From: Amoeboradix gromovi X-113
Lineage: Eukaryota; Fungi; Sanchytriomycota
Length of the DNA: 29,903 bases
Assembly: GCA_018985225.1 (NCBI GenBank)
Contig: JADGIF010000038.1
Span: 1-29,903, forward strand
Direction: 5' to 3'
The notes beneath the pieces are model-generated. The model worked only from the letters and a program-made list of their open reading frames with translations, did no database searches and was not told the DNA's origin. Both the position numbers and the translations under genes were made by a program. This document shows positions 17,947-29,558 of this stretch, piece after piece. Each line of letters opens with the position of its first letter. Positions within the stretch are counted from its first letter, which is position 1.

Positions 17947-20673
17947 CTACTTGTAAGTATTTTCTAAATTGATCTTGAACACAGAAGAAAACGATGCCCA
18001 ACCATATGGATAATGCGCTATTTGATTCAAAGTGTTTCTTAGTAGGTGGGGTTCGGCTTGTAGGGAATATCGCTCTTCGTCACTTGTGCCTCGGTATCCA
18101 ACTTCAAATAACAGGTTACTCCAAATTGACTTGACTGTCGAAGTGTTAATTTGGATGACATCTACGTCGCTTATCTTTCGCTTTAAAATTAGCAAGGCGG
18201 AGCTATTACTCAAAGATTCATCAAGTCCAAAATTGTACATCTTTTTACTTAAACAGTATACCTCCTTAGGAATAACGTTTGTCGCTTTGTACCACTCTAT
18301 CACATCATCTGCCACTCTCAAATGCAAGAAGAATGTGTTTTGATATTTAACAAACTCAGTGTAATAATCAACAACGTCTGTAAAATTCATTAACTGTTCA
18401 ATAGTGCATATTATACCGTATTTGAGAGCTAAACAAACAGGCTTATCGATAGATCTAGTGGTTCTAGAGAAGTTGTCCACAAAATCAGTAATTATTTCAC
18501 CATCATAAAGATCTGGCAACCAAAAGTCTAACGGAGCATCTTGATACGGTTTAAGTTCCTCAGAGTATGAATTAACAATGCTGTAAAACAGATTCTTGAA
18601 GGTTTCAGACACAGCAAAACCATTCTCACCCATTTGACTTTCAAAACTGTATGGTGGTGTATATAAAAATGATGTAGGCGGTGAATTAACATATTCACCA
18701 AGTGAAAAACCTTTTAGATTTGAGAATACCCATATAAGTGAAGCATTGAAGTTTTTAAGAAACTTGACCAAGAACTCATGAGAATTATAACCATTCAACC
18801 GGATAAAACACAACTCCATTGTCATGAGTTCAGCAGTACCGATAGGCCTGAAAATGTCAAATAATGAATAACTGAGTACAGATTGTTTTTTGATACATTC
18901 ATCAGCATGTAGGATTTCACGATTATGGCATGAGGTAGGTTCCAACTCAAGACCTTTAAATTGAAAAACGGCATAACCAAAACCGACTTCAAGCGTTTGA
19001 ACAAAGTAAGACAAATATTCATTTCTGATTAATAAACAGTTGTTTCCCTCAGTCCCAGTGAGTTTTCGCATATAATTTTTGTGAATGTTTTGTTTAAATA
19101 ATTTTGAAAAATTCGAGTACATTGCCGAATCGACATTACGAAGGTCTTCCTCATCCGTTTTCCAAAAGAACTTACTGGATCTTGCTACATCTATCCAGAA
19201 TAATGGCAATCCCAACAGTGGACAAAATATGACATCAAAAACAGCGCAAAATAGACCTAGGAACAAGTTCCATGGCAAAGAAAGAATAATCAAGAAGAGC
19301 TGGAAGCTAACTTTATTTTCAGTATGGTAGCCATGGAGTACATAGGTTCTACTGAATCTTATAATGTTAAGCAGATTATCCAGATACCGCTTAAGTATCT
19401 GGTAGCCAATTGCACATACGAACAAAACAAACGTGCTATATTCCAATTTAATGAATGGCAATGGATAATTTGTGATTGAATTAAACCATAAATACGCTAC
19501 GTAAATCATGCACGCATGTAGCAACGATGAAGGGAGTGTCCATGCTTGTCGTATCAGTTTGGCACCCGCTATGAACAAGAGCAGATATGTAGGTGTGCTT
19601 AAAGCCTCCTTCAAATTTACTGACCAAGTAATTGTAATATAAAATGTTAATACTAAACTGTTTACATTATAAATTAAGTTTGAAATATTTTTTGAAATCA
19701 GCCTTATTGTCTGTGGTGCGTGGCGTTGCACAAACATAAGTATAGAAGGCGATATTACGATTAAATCAAATAGAGCGAACCCCAAAACTACAAGGTTCAT
19801 AACACTAAATATTATTGGTACGGTAAATTGGGACATGATGGTATCACTGATGAGAACACAAGAGCAACTAATTTGAATAAACAGGATTATAGTAGGCGGC
19901 TTTTTCCATACATCTCTTGCTGAAAAACTGTAGTACTGCATTGGATCTGACGCTAAGATTGGAGAAAAAATAGAAATTAATGCTGCCCCAACAGACGAGG
20001 AGGCATAGTATCCAATGCAACAAGAAGTAGCTAAAAGAAGAAATCCTAGAAGAAACTCTCTAAGCAACCTTGTCTTGTTGAAACAGCTAGAACCACCAAG
20101 AATATGAATATGAAATTTCTCCGCTAAGACTAAGGGAATCAGTGTTAGATCAGGAATTAATCTAAAGAAATAAAGGAAAGGCAGAATAACCAGCACTGCC
20201 CTGGGAATATTAAAGCTGTATGTACTAGTTGTGCAAGTCACAATATAGGTTATGCAAGTTATTGCGTGATAAATATTAAAAGAGTACTTATCTACCATCA
20301 GTATTTCCACAGACTCGGTCCCCATTGTAATGCCATGCAAGCCAAAATCAGTCATTTTTCCTAGGCATATAAAGAATCCAAGAGACGCGAATACAGACAG
20401 CTCTGGAGGATTAGTCAAGTTTATATACTCAACTGTAAGAACATTGATTACCATAAATAATGCACCCATCAAGTTAGAGTATTTAGTTTCCAGAAACACG
20501 TCCCCATCAGTATTCTCATGCATCGCCATAAATAAGCGTAGCATTATTATGTTAACAGCCAAGCAAGTCGCCATAACTATTCCTATGAAATATGACTCAT
20601 ACAAATATCCTTGTATAAACGTCGTAAGAAATAAAACCAGAGATATTATAAAATTTCCTAGCAAAAGGTTCAT
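17947..20673 (-). CDS. Pecanex-like multi-pass membrane protein (PCNX4-like)
   Basis: A many-TM N-half precedes Pecanex_C motifs FQFKGLELEPTSCHNRE and VKSIWSNLLFEVGYRGTSDEERYSLQAEPHLLRN...PYGW. Confidence 0.85.
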   Translation of the reverse strand: MNLLLGNFIISLVLFLTTFIQGYLYESYFIGIVMATCLAVNIIMLRLFMAMHENTDGDVFLETKYSNLMGALFMVINVLTVEYINLTNPPELSVFASLGFFICLGKMTDFGLHGITMGTESVEILMVDKYSFNIYHAITCITYIVTCTTSTYSFNIPRAVLVILPFLYFFRLIPDLTLIPLVLAEKFHIHILGGSSCFNKTRLLREFLLGFLLLATSCCIGYYASSSVGAALISIFSPILASDPMQYYSFSARDVWKKPPTIILFIQISCSCVLISDTIMSQFTVPIIFSVMNLVVLGFALFDLIVISPSILMFVQRHAPQTIRLISKNISNLIYNVNSLVLTFYITITWSVNLKEALSTPTYLLLFIAGAKLIRQAWTLPSSLLHACMIYVAYLWFNSITNYPLPFIKLEYSTFVLFVCAIGYQILKRYLDNLLNIIRFSRTYVLHGYHTENKVSFQLFLIILSLPWNLFLGLFCAVFDVIFCPLLGLPLFWIDVARSSKFFWKTDEEDLRNVDSAMYSNFSKLFKQNIHKNYMRKLTGTEGNNCLLIRNEYLSYFVQTLEVGFGYAVFQFKGLELEPTSCHNREILHADECIKKQSVLSYSLFDIFRPIGTAELMTMELCFIRLNGYNSHEFLVKFLKNFNASLIWVFSNLKGFSLGEYVNSPPTSFLYTPPYSFESQMGENGFAVSETFKNLFYSIVNSYSEELKPYQDAPLDFWLPDLYDGEIITDFVDNFSRTTRSIDKPVCLALKYGIICTIEQLMNFTDVVDYYTEFVKYQNTFFLHLRVADDVIEWYKATNVIPKEVYCLSKKMYNFGLDESLSNSSALLILKRKISDVDVIQINTSTVKSIWSNLLFEVGYRGTSDEERYSLQAEPHLLRNTLNQIAHYPYGWASFSSVFKINLENTYK

Positions 20674-20716
20674 GTTGTGGCTTTCTTACAAATGTGCGAC
20701 TTACATTTTTATTTGA

Positions 20717-22065
<1,349 letters not shown>

Positions 22066-22178
22066 TATTTAACAATAAATACAATGACAATAAGATGAAT
22101 TAAAAGTCAGGGTCATCACTGCATTCCACAACTTCTTCTGCTTGCGTATCTTATAACTGAATTAAAAGACATTTGTGA

Positions 22179-22515
22179 CCCATTCTGACAAATGTCCTCA
22201 TTTACAAGTGGGAGGAAAACGTAGAAACCACACTAGGACGTAAATATTCATGTCATCAGATACGAAAGTTTATCAGGAATAAGAAGGGGTGTACTGTTAA
22301 GATTGCAGGCCAAAGAAACATATGCAGACGCTGCCTTGTTTGTGAACAAGACGACATTACAATCACCAAGACAGAATATGAAAATCGCTATCATTTGAGA
22401 TTTTGCAGCATATGCTCAGTGCTAATCAGCCAAGCTGTTTTGATAGAGACATTGCAAGTGCAATTTCATATTGAGAAAAAGCTTGATGGCATATTATGAG
22501 TCTTACACATCTTTC
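22179..22515 (+). pseudogene. Degenerate Fanzor/TnpB-like relic (third family)
   Basis: A frame with no ATG reads ...QIRKFIRNKKGCTVKIAGQRNICRRCLVCEQD...YHLRFCSIC, then after a 1-nt frameshift ANQPSCFDRDIASAISY. This matches the decayed RuvC-II/CxxC/CxxC/RD order. Confidence 0.7.
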
Positions 22516-23332
22516 CAGGAAGTCCTCCGACTTAGATTAGGAGACATTTTCTGAAATTGAGTCCCGAATGTGGCTGTCTACATCGAAGAACAGTTTGACC
22601 AAGTCACAAAGCGCTTTCTTCAAGCCTCTACACCTTGTAGAAGTCTGAATAGTAAATTCTTCGTTATAACCGACCTTTGTTCCTTTCCTTGACCTATGAT
22701 TGCATTTTTAAACAGCTCTTGAGTGCCATTATGTATTGTATGCTCCTAGCTGGTATTTGGGAATTAAAGTATCCTTGCTGCGATGACTTCGAGCCGTTTT
22801 GCATATATGGAAAAAAGACAACATCCAATTTTTACTCAGTGAACACTAGCAAGAAGAACTATTTAACTGAAAAAAATAGTGTAGGAATCGTATAATCTCT
22901 CTCTTATTGCACAAATACCCTAAAAACAAAGATTTAAAAGATTTAGACTGAGCACAAGGTGATGGATTTGATGTACGGAGAGACAAACTAGGGGAAAATG
23001 TTGGCTATGGATATGAAATTTGATGACATACAAAGAAAAAATATCTGTCAGACGAAAAAAGTGGTCAACTATAGGGTGAAAGTTATCGGGCAATAATAGA
23101 GGTGCTCAGAATATTCCAAATAATGAAGTTGACCTGTTGGTTAGGAAGTACAGCAATTCTCAAATATTTTACTTTATATAATGCGAAAGCTGCCATGAAA
23201 ATGATAGCAAGTTCAAGAGCATTCGGTGATCTTATAGGGCTCCAAGATTACTCTAGTGTACGCAATTTGTAATCGCGGACATTTGCCATGAAATTTATTA
23301 ATGCCAAAAAGTGGCTGCTTTGAATTCCGAGA

Positions 23333-24673
23333 ATGTCTGTTGAAAAGTGGAATTGGAAAGATTTGATTGAAAAGAACGACGTCAAGGGTTGTAAAGTTAT
23401 GCTTGAGCATGATGAGAAAATGATCAATCAAGAATTTCAGGTGTATTATGCTACCAAAACACGTCCATTCATTTACGCTGCTCAAAAGGATAGGATTGAA
23501 ATAGTAAAATTGCTGCTAGATAAAGGAGTAGATATCAACATTAAGGACGATCATGGCAGAACTGCATTGCATAATGTTATATATGGAGGTTTTACGGAAA
23601 TTGTTAAATTGTTGTTAATCCCAAGAATTAATAAAGCCAAGATTGATATCTCTCTTAAAGATGATTATGGCATGATTCCTTTGCACTTGGCTGTCAAGTA
23701 CAACAAACTAGAAATTGTCAAATTGCTGTTAGCATATATTGATGAGAACTACAACATTGACATCATAATAAACGAAACAAATATAGACGGATATACAGCT
23801 CTTCATTATGCTAGCGATTTGGCTCACATGGAAATTGTTCAATTATTATTAAGCAATTATGCCGATCCCAATATTCAGAACAAAACAGGGCTTGGACCAC
23901 TTGGGTGCACAAACGATGATGATATCGCCGAGCTGCTGATTAAAAAGGGAGCTTCAATCGAGGGATTTATGCGTGATTTCAAATTTGTTGATGAATATGT
24001 GATTTCAAATGAACTAATTGCCACCAGATTTGAGCATGTTATCAATAGAATAGGTAAAAAGAGTGTGTCTAGACCTGTCCAGCAACCAAAGACTATCGCA
24101 AATAAACAACAACCAGCTACTGATTCCTCTGGCACCCATGTTAAATTTGTAGAACTAACTCGTAAACTAAGTGAATATGAATCTAAAATAGCTGATTTAG
24201 TGGTTCAGCGTGATATTAATAGTAACCAGGTTTTGTTATTAAGAAATGAGTTAGGAGAAACAAGATCCCAAAAAGAGGAAAAAATAACTAAACTAGAAAA
24301 GAGAATATCAGACTTAAGCATTGAGAGCCAGCAAAAAGAGATTAAGATCGGGGAACTGCAAAAAAGATTATCGGATTTGACAGCGCCAGCTAGTCATGAG
24401 AGTGCAAAAAATGTGGCACTCACTGCTACACCGGTAACAGATGAGGCAAAGTCAAAGAGGGTTCAAGATTTTATCCAAATATACAGCAAGAATTCAAAAG
24501 AACCAAGTATATCAATTTGCGCAAATCATGTCAAGCAGTATAGTGGAGATTGTGGGCATTTATTTTGTTTGAAATGCATCACAGAATTAAAGAATAATGG
24601 AGGGAAATGCACACAATGCAAGCAGTTTTTTGGACAAGTGAGGAAGATATATGATCGCAAGATTTATGAGTAA
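23333..24673 (+). CDS. Ankyrin-repeat + coiled-coil + C-terminal RING-like protein
   Basis: GRTALHN, GMIPLHLA and GYTALHYA ankyrin repeats; a heptad-rich middle; and IC...CGHLFCLKC...KCTQCK. Confidence 0.88.
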   Translation: MSVEKWNWKDLIEKNDVKGCKVMLEHDEKMINQEFQVYYATKTRPFIYAAQKDRIEIVKLLLDKGVDINIKDDHGRTALHNVIYGGFTEIVKLLLIPRINKAKIDISLKDDYGMIPLHLAVKYNKLEIVKLLLAYIDENYNIDIIINETNIDGYTALHYASDLAHMEIVQLLLSNYADPNIQNKTGLGPLGCTNDDDIAELLIKKGASIEGFMRDFKFVDEYVISNELIATRFEHVINRIGKKSVSRPVQQPKTIANKQQPATDSSGTHVKFVELTRKLSEYESKIADLVVQRDINSNQVLLLRNELGETRSQKEEKITKLEKRISDLSIESQQKEIKIGELQKRLSDLTAPASHESAKNVALTATPVTDEAKSKRVQDFIQIYSKNSKEPSISICANHVKQYSGDCGHLFCLKCITELKNNGGKCTQCKQFFGQVRKIYDRKIYE

Positions 24674-24918
24674 ATTACTTATTATATAGTTCAATACGTT
24701 ACTTAGCTTTACTTAAGGTTGTAATGTCTCTGCATTACTCGCTCTTTTTAGATCTTTGAACTCGCTGATAATCTCGATTGACTCTATAAATACTGCATAG
24801 GGGACTATTCAATTTTATCAGCAGTTATGAAGGTTCTAGTTGTTTAAAGCTACAAATTTAATTTATTATCAAATTTATGAGCTTAGTTTCTGATAATATG
24901 TCGCCAAATTTCCAAAGT

Positions 24919-25355
24919 GGGACATCAAATATAAAAACTGGACTAACTTTCAGTAACAACTTGGAACATTATTTAAGAGGCGAGTGGACATGCAGCTAGT
25001 TGCGGAGTTGACGAGTATAAAAGGAAAATAAATATTCTGTACAGCTATTCTCTTACTCTTTCATCCAATCTTTATTTCAAATAAAATATCACTATTACTC
25101 TGTAAAAACTAGAATAGATAAGAGTAATGATGTTAGTATAACATTACAAAATGGCTCTAGAAAAGAGTACCGTCCAAGAAAATGCACCTTTTGCTTAGAT
25201 GCTGAAAGACCTCATATCTAGTTTTATTTTGAAAAGAGGAATACAATCAATGAAAGAAAATTGGTATAGTAGAAGATCTTTTATTAATGATAGCATTTCC
25301 TCCGTATGGAGCACCTTTAAAAACGAGTTAGTCTAGTTTTTATATTTGGTGTCCC
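24919..25355 (+). mobile_element. TIR element copy 3, both termini present (437 bp)
   Basis: Left TIR GGGACATCAAATATAAAAACTGGACTAACT versus reverse complement of the right TIR GGGACACCAAATATAAAAACTAGACTAACT (28/30 identical). A ~23-nt internal deletion removes the FERD codons. Confidence 0.93.
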
Positions 25356-25404
25356 AAAGGTGTATTCCAAACCTCGTTTCGGTTGAAAAATTGATTCTAC
25401 AAAA

Positions 25405-26254
25405 ATGAATTCCTTTTTCGAGAGAGCAGAAATATATTTAAAGAGCTTTGTATCTGAAAATTGGGAGCAGTTTAACGAGGGCGGTTGGTTTTTATCACCT
25501 TCTCAACATGTAATCGAGAATCTGATTTTATTACCAATTCATGTAATTTGTTTGCTTATCGGTTACAAGTTGCTAAAATATAGTGCCACCATTTTCCCAG
25601 TAACATATTTAAAGCATAGCAATAAAACTGAAAAATTTCTAGCTGGACTGCTACTCTCTTCTTGGGGTGTAATGTATTTACATAAGAAATGGAGAGATGC
25701 GCTTCCATACCTTTTGCAGCCCTGTCATATGCTTAGCATTATCAGCGCCATGGTATTTTTTCTACCGAAAAGATGGAAGTTGACTCATGTTACCGCATTA
25801 ATTACTGTCCATTTGCAATGGTAGTCGTTACTCATTTAGGTCAACAGTACTCGCTATAGCTACTCCAGATACCGGGGACCATATTTATCGATTCGAAACT
25901 TTAAATTTTTGGCTAGAACATTATTTACTAGTTGCTGTACCGTTTTTGATCTTAAGAGCTTTCGATTTTACAAAGATATTGAATTGGAGATTATCTTTTG
26001 CTGTATGGGGTTTTTTCATGATGTACCATTATTATGTATTGTTTCCAATAAGTTTAAGTTCTACTGCAAACTTAAATTATATTTTAAAACCACCAAAGGG
26101 ACCTTTAGAGTTGTTTGGCAAATACTACAGGATAGCGATGGGGCTTTTTACTTTAGTACTGACTTTGATTACTGGTAAGCACATTATTCCTCTGCAAACC
26201 AAATTCATACAGCGATTTAAGAAAGAATTGCGAATAAAAGCCAAAATTCAATAA
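25405..26254 (+). CDS. TMEM164-like membrane protein; two exons (25405-25820, 25840-26254)
   Basis: YLLQPCHM in exon 1. After a 19-nt intron the frame continues W|STVLAIATPDT...FWLEHYLLVAVP...ANLNYILKPP and joins ORF 25946-26254. Confidence 0.82.
25821..25839 (+). other. 19-nt spliceosomal intron
   Basis: GTAGTCGTTACTCATTTAG. Removal restores TGG and an uninterrupted frame to 26254. Confidence 0.85.
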
Positions 26255-27404
26255 AGAAAGTACCGAATGGTAAAGAGATCTTTTTTCCGTTTTTCAACAG
26301 TATAATACTACTAATACAACATTTTAAATCAAGGTAACCGTTCCTAATGCAAATTGGTCTCAAGTCCCAACATTAATAGGATTGCTACTCTACAACCAAT
26401 GCATTCGGTATCAGTATTTAAGAATTTATGAAAATAGAACAAGTTTCAACGCCTACGTTAAATGTGAAGATTTCAAACCCCACACTTCTCAAGTGTAGAC
26501 AACTTGGGGAGATACCATTTGAGCATGTTCTTGCCTACATTATTTTGAAGTAAAACTGCTCCAAGTCGTAGATCTGCAAAGTGTTGAATGGTGACAAAAT
26601 ACCATTACCAATAAAAAGAAGTCCTATGATATTGAGAGTTGTTTATTTTTTGTCTTTTTCACTTTCACGCCAACGGCTATTATTAGTATGAGATGGTGTC
26701 GAAGAAGAGATTGACTGAGAGAGAACCATAGAGATAGAATAACCGATAAGGCAGCCAAGTTTATATGACAAGATACCCAAACCTGCAACTAACAGCGATA
26801 TCAAACTATATCGCCAACACTAAAGCAGCATTCATTTCAGATTCTCAAATAAAGCAATTCGCTCAATTGAAAAGAATAGCTTAGAGAATCTGAGTAAATA
26901 TCAGTTTAAGCTGAAGCACTCTGCTGGAAGTGGGATATCTAAATCTGAATGGGTATACTAGAAATTATTTACTGAAATAATAAAGACACTAGAAGCGCCG
27001 TAGTGCACAAGCAGCTCATTGATTTACGCATTTGTGGTAATCACGTTAGTCTTTGCACCGGATGCAGCCCCTGTAGAGTGCCATTTTCTACATTACGATC
27101 TTTTCACTCCCTCTTCCAAATTGGAATGAATATTCACAATCATTGCCATTAGAGTTAGATAACAGTATCTGATTGGTGCATGGTTTTGATTGTAGTATCT
27201 GCAAGAATTGTACAAACTTGTTACTGTTAACAGCCAACGCAATGTGATTACAAACAAGTGATGAAGATATAGTGGTATAATTACTTGGCTTTACCGGGTG
27301 ATGATAGCAAATCAATGGCAAGGCTGCAATCAATAATTTTTATTTGGCAAGCTTATGTGATTGGCGCAAATAAGCATAAGTGGGGAGATACAGAGCTGTT
27401 CACA

Positions 27405-28235
27405 ATGCTGTTCGGAATAATATGCACAACATTTGCTGCTGCATTAGTCGGTACTAAGCAACTGGAATTTACAGAGTTTAAATATGTGGCTAAACAGTAT
27501 CTTACGTGGCTGACTGTGTCTGGAGATCTCAGTTGCGCAGTGTATTCCACTGGCAATATAGCTTGCTGGAATACTTATGAGACATCCACTGGATCGCGAT
27601 CAAAAAAATCAAAGTATCTTTTTCTTACCCTTTCCGTTTCTGGAATCCGAGCATGTGGTACAATCAACACAGGCGATGTTTATTGCACCAAAAACATCAA
27701 AGTAAACGCTGTAGAGTGGGTTCTTGTTCTCGATTATGTAGTGGATATGTCTGCAGATTCGTTTCCATTCTCGCCATCGGTAGAGCTTGATGGAAATACT
27801 GTTTGTGTGGTCAGCGATTCTTTAGCGTGCGGGGACTTTATAACCCTAATGGGAGATAAGGAAGCATGGAAAGAGAAAAAAGCAATTAGAGGTAAAGAGC
27901 ATTTCAAAGACGGCATCTCTATTTCAGGGAAGCATGCTTGCTTGAACTATTACAAGATGAAGGGTTCTTTTAGAGTATTTGATACTGCTCTCTGTACCTA
28001 TAACTTTAATGCTGATAGTCCTGATTGGAAGATACTGGATGCACCTGTGTCCAACATTAAAATCAGCAATGGCATAATGTGTGGTACAGGTAAAAATAAT
28101 TTTTATTTGATTGTGTGCTTAGAGAATGGGAAATGGGTTACCAAGAGCAAAGAGGTAAGTAATTTTGCCCTAGACAGTGATCACGTTGTTGCATTCCTTA
28201 AAAATCTGGATCTTTCAGTTGCAGCGTTTCCTTAA
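27405..28235 (+). CDS. Secreted Cys-rich beta-propeller-like (tectonin-like) protein
   Basis: Signal-like MLFGIICTTFAAALVG and repeated units such as LTVSGDLSCAV..GNIAC, LSVSGIRACGT..GDVYC, ISISGKHAC and IKISNGIMCGT. Confidence 0.55.
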   Translation: MLFGIICTTFAAALVGTKQLEFTEFKYVAKQYLTWLTVSGDLSCAVYSTGNIACWNTYETSTGSRSKKSKYLFLTLSVSGIRACGTINTGDVYCTKNIKVNAVEWVLVLDYVVDMSADSFPFSPSVELDGNTVCVVSDSLACGDFITLMGDKEAWKEKKAIRGKEHFKDGISISGKHACLNYYKMKGSFRVFDTALCTYNFNADSPDWKILDAPVSNIKISNGIMCGTGKNNFYLIVCLENGKWVTKSKEVSNFALDSDHVVAFLKNLDLSVAAFP

Positions 28236-28249
28236 TAAAGCGACTTGAG

Positions 28250-28615
28250 TTACATAATTTCAGAGGCTCGTTAAATATCACAACATCATCCAACCTATCC
28301 AAAAATTCAGGTCTAAAAGCGTTCTCGATCTCTTCCATGACCGGTTTTTTGATCTCTGGCCTTTGAACAGATCGCAAGTGTTGATAGCCTTCATTGGTTG
28401 TTAATATGATAACACATTCTGTAAAGCTTATCACTCTGCCATGTGAGTGACCCAATCGACCATTATCTAGTACCTGAAGCAGAATGTTTAGCACGCTCGG
28501 ATGTGCTTTTTCAATCTCATCGAATAGTACAACGTTTTAAGGTCTGCGTCTGGTAATTTCACAGAGCATATTACTGTCCTCGTATCCAATGCAACCACTG
28601 GGCACACGATATAGA
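28250..28615 (-). pseudogene. ClpB/Hsp104-family second AAA+ domain fragment
   Basis: PSGCIGYED...[33 protein letters not shown]...FRPEFLDRLDDVVIFN. TAA at 28539-28537 replaces the conserved Tyr, and no Walker A or N-terminal part is visible. Confidence 0.85.
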
Positions 28616-28868
28616 AGAAATATTAGCACCTGCCAGTTGACTCCTTGAGCTTTGGTAAAAAGATATCGGACATCTCTGCATTTTTGAGAATTTGTTTCAG
28701 AATTGTGTAGTTTTTGTACTGTACGTCCAAAACGCGTCCTTCAGTTTAACATATACTTAATATCTGCAAATTTTGTTATAAATTACAAATTCCAAGTAGC
28801 TCCAGCATTTACAGCTGCTTGTAACAGCTCAACCAACTTAAAGCCCCATTTTTCAAGAGGTCATTTCA

Positions 28869-29198
28869 ATGTCATCAACATCTCTGGTATTTGGAGTATT
28901 GACCGTTGGTATCGCATATGGTGTATTCAAATACAGGCAGAAAAAGTATGATCCAAGTGAATACACAACGAGGTTTCCACAACTATCCAAGTCAGAAATT
29001 CTTAAACAGATTCAAAAAAATTACAACGAAAAAGAATTATTGGAGACACTGGATAGTCTAAACAAGCAGTTGGAATCTCCACCCTCGTATAGCTACTTTA
29101 AAGATCCTTTACAGAGACATATTGAATTAGAAAAACGAAAGATCTGGTCAGTAAAAGAAGCGCGAGAAAGATATTTAAATAAACAACAATCTTTTTAA
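28869..29198 (+). CDS. Hypothetical small protein with N-terminal membrane anchor
   Basis: ATG-initiated 109-aa ORF with one hydrophobic segment followed by a charged helical region. Its stop overlaps the BolA stop. Confidence 0.55.
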   Translation: MSSTSLVFGVLTVGIAYGVFKYRQKKYDPSEYTTRFPQLSKSEILKQIQKNYNEKELLETLDSLNKQLESPPSYSYFKDPLQRHIELEKRKIWSVKEARERYLNKQQSF

Positions 29199-29422
29199 TT
29201 ATGTTCTTCCGGAGTCTTCGTGATTATTTCTAACGCATGGATATTTACCATGAACTCTTTAATTAAAGCATTGACCATTCTATGGCGCTGTAGCGTAGTT
29301 TTTGATTCAAATTGCTTGCTTATTACGGTTATTTTGTAGCTGTCAACACAGGTTTCTACCTTTTCTGCCTTGACATAAGTAGGTTGCAATGAATCTAATG
29401 ATTTTTCAATCTCCAAAAGCAT
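29195..29422 (-). CDS. BolA-family protein
   Basis: YKITVISKQFESKTTLQRHRMVNALIKE...IHALEIITKTP. Confidence 0.9.
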   Translation of the reverse strand: MLLEIEKSLDSLQPTYVKAEKVETCVDSYKITVISKQFESKTTLQRHRMVNALIKEFMVNIHALEIITKTPEEHN

Positions 29423-29558
29423 GAAGGAGAATCAATGCAACTTGCGATTTTACTTGAGCAAACACTTATCACGATCTCATCAATCTTGCGGCTCGGATAT
29501 ACTCTCTAGAGTTTTCTGATTGCATAAAACCCGATGTTCTTTCTTTCCTTTGAAAAAT

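Noticed and set aside
22516-23330. ORFs 22677-22895 and 23213-23485 and other open stretches
   Set aside because: No recognisable domain; may be decayed sequence but cannot be assigned.
26837-26893. 10-bp inverted repeat TCAGATTCTC/GAGAATCTGA
   Set aside because: Single occurrence with no supporting context; plausible by chance.
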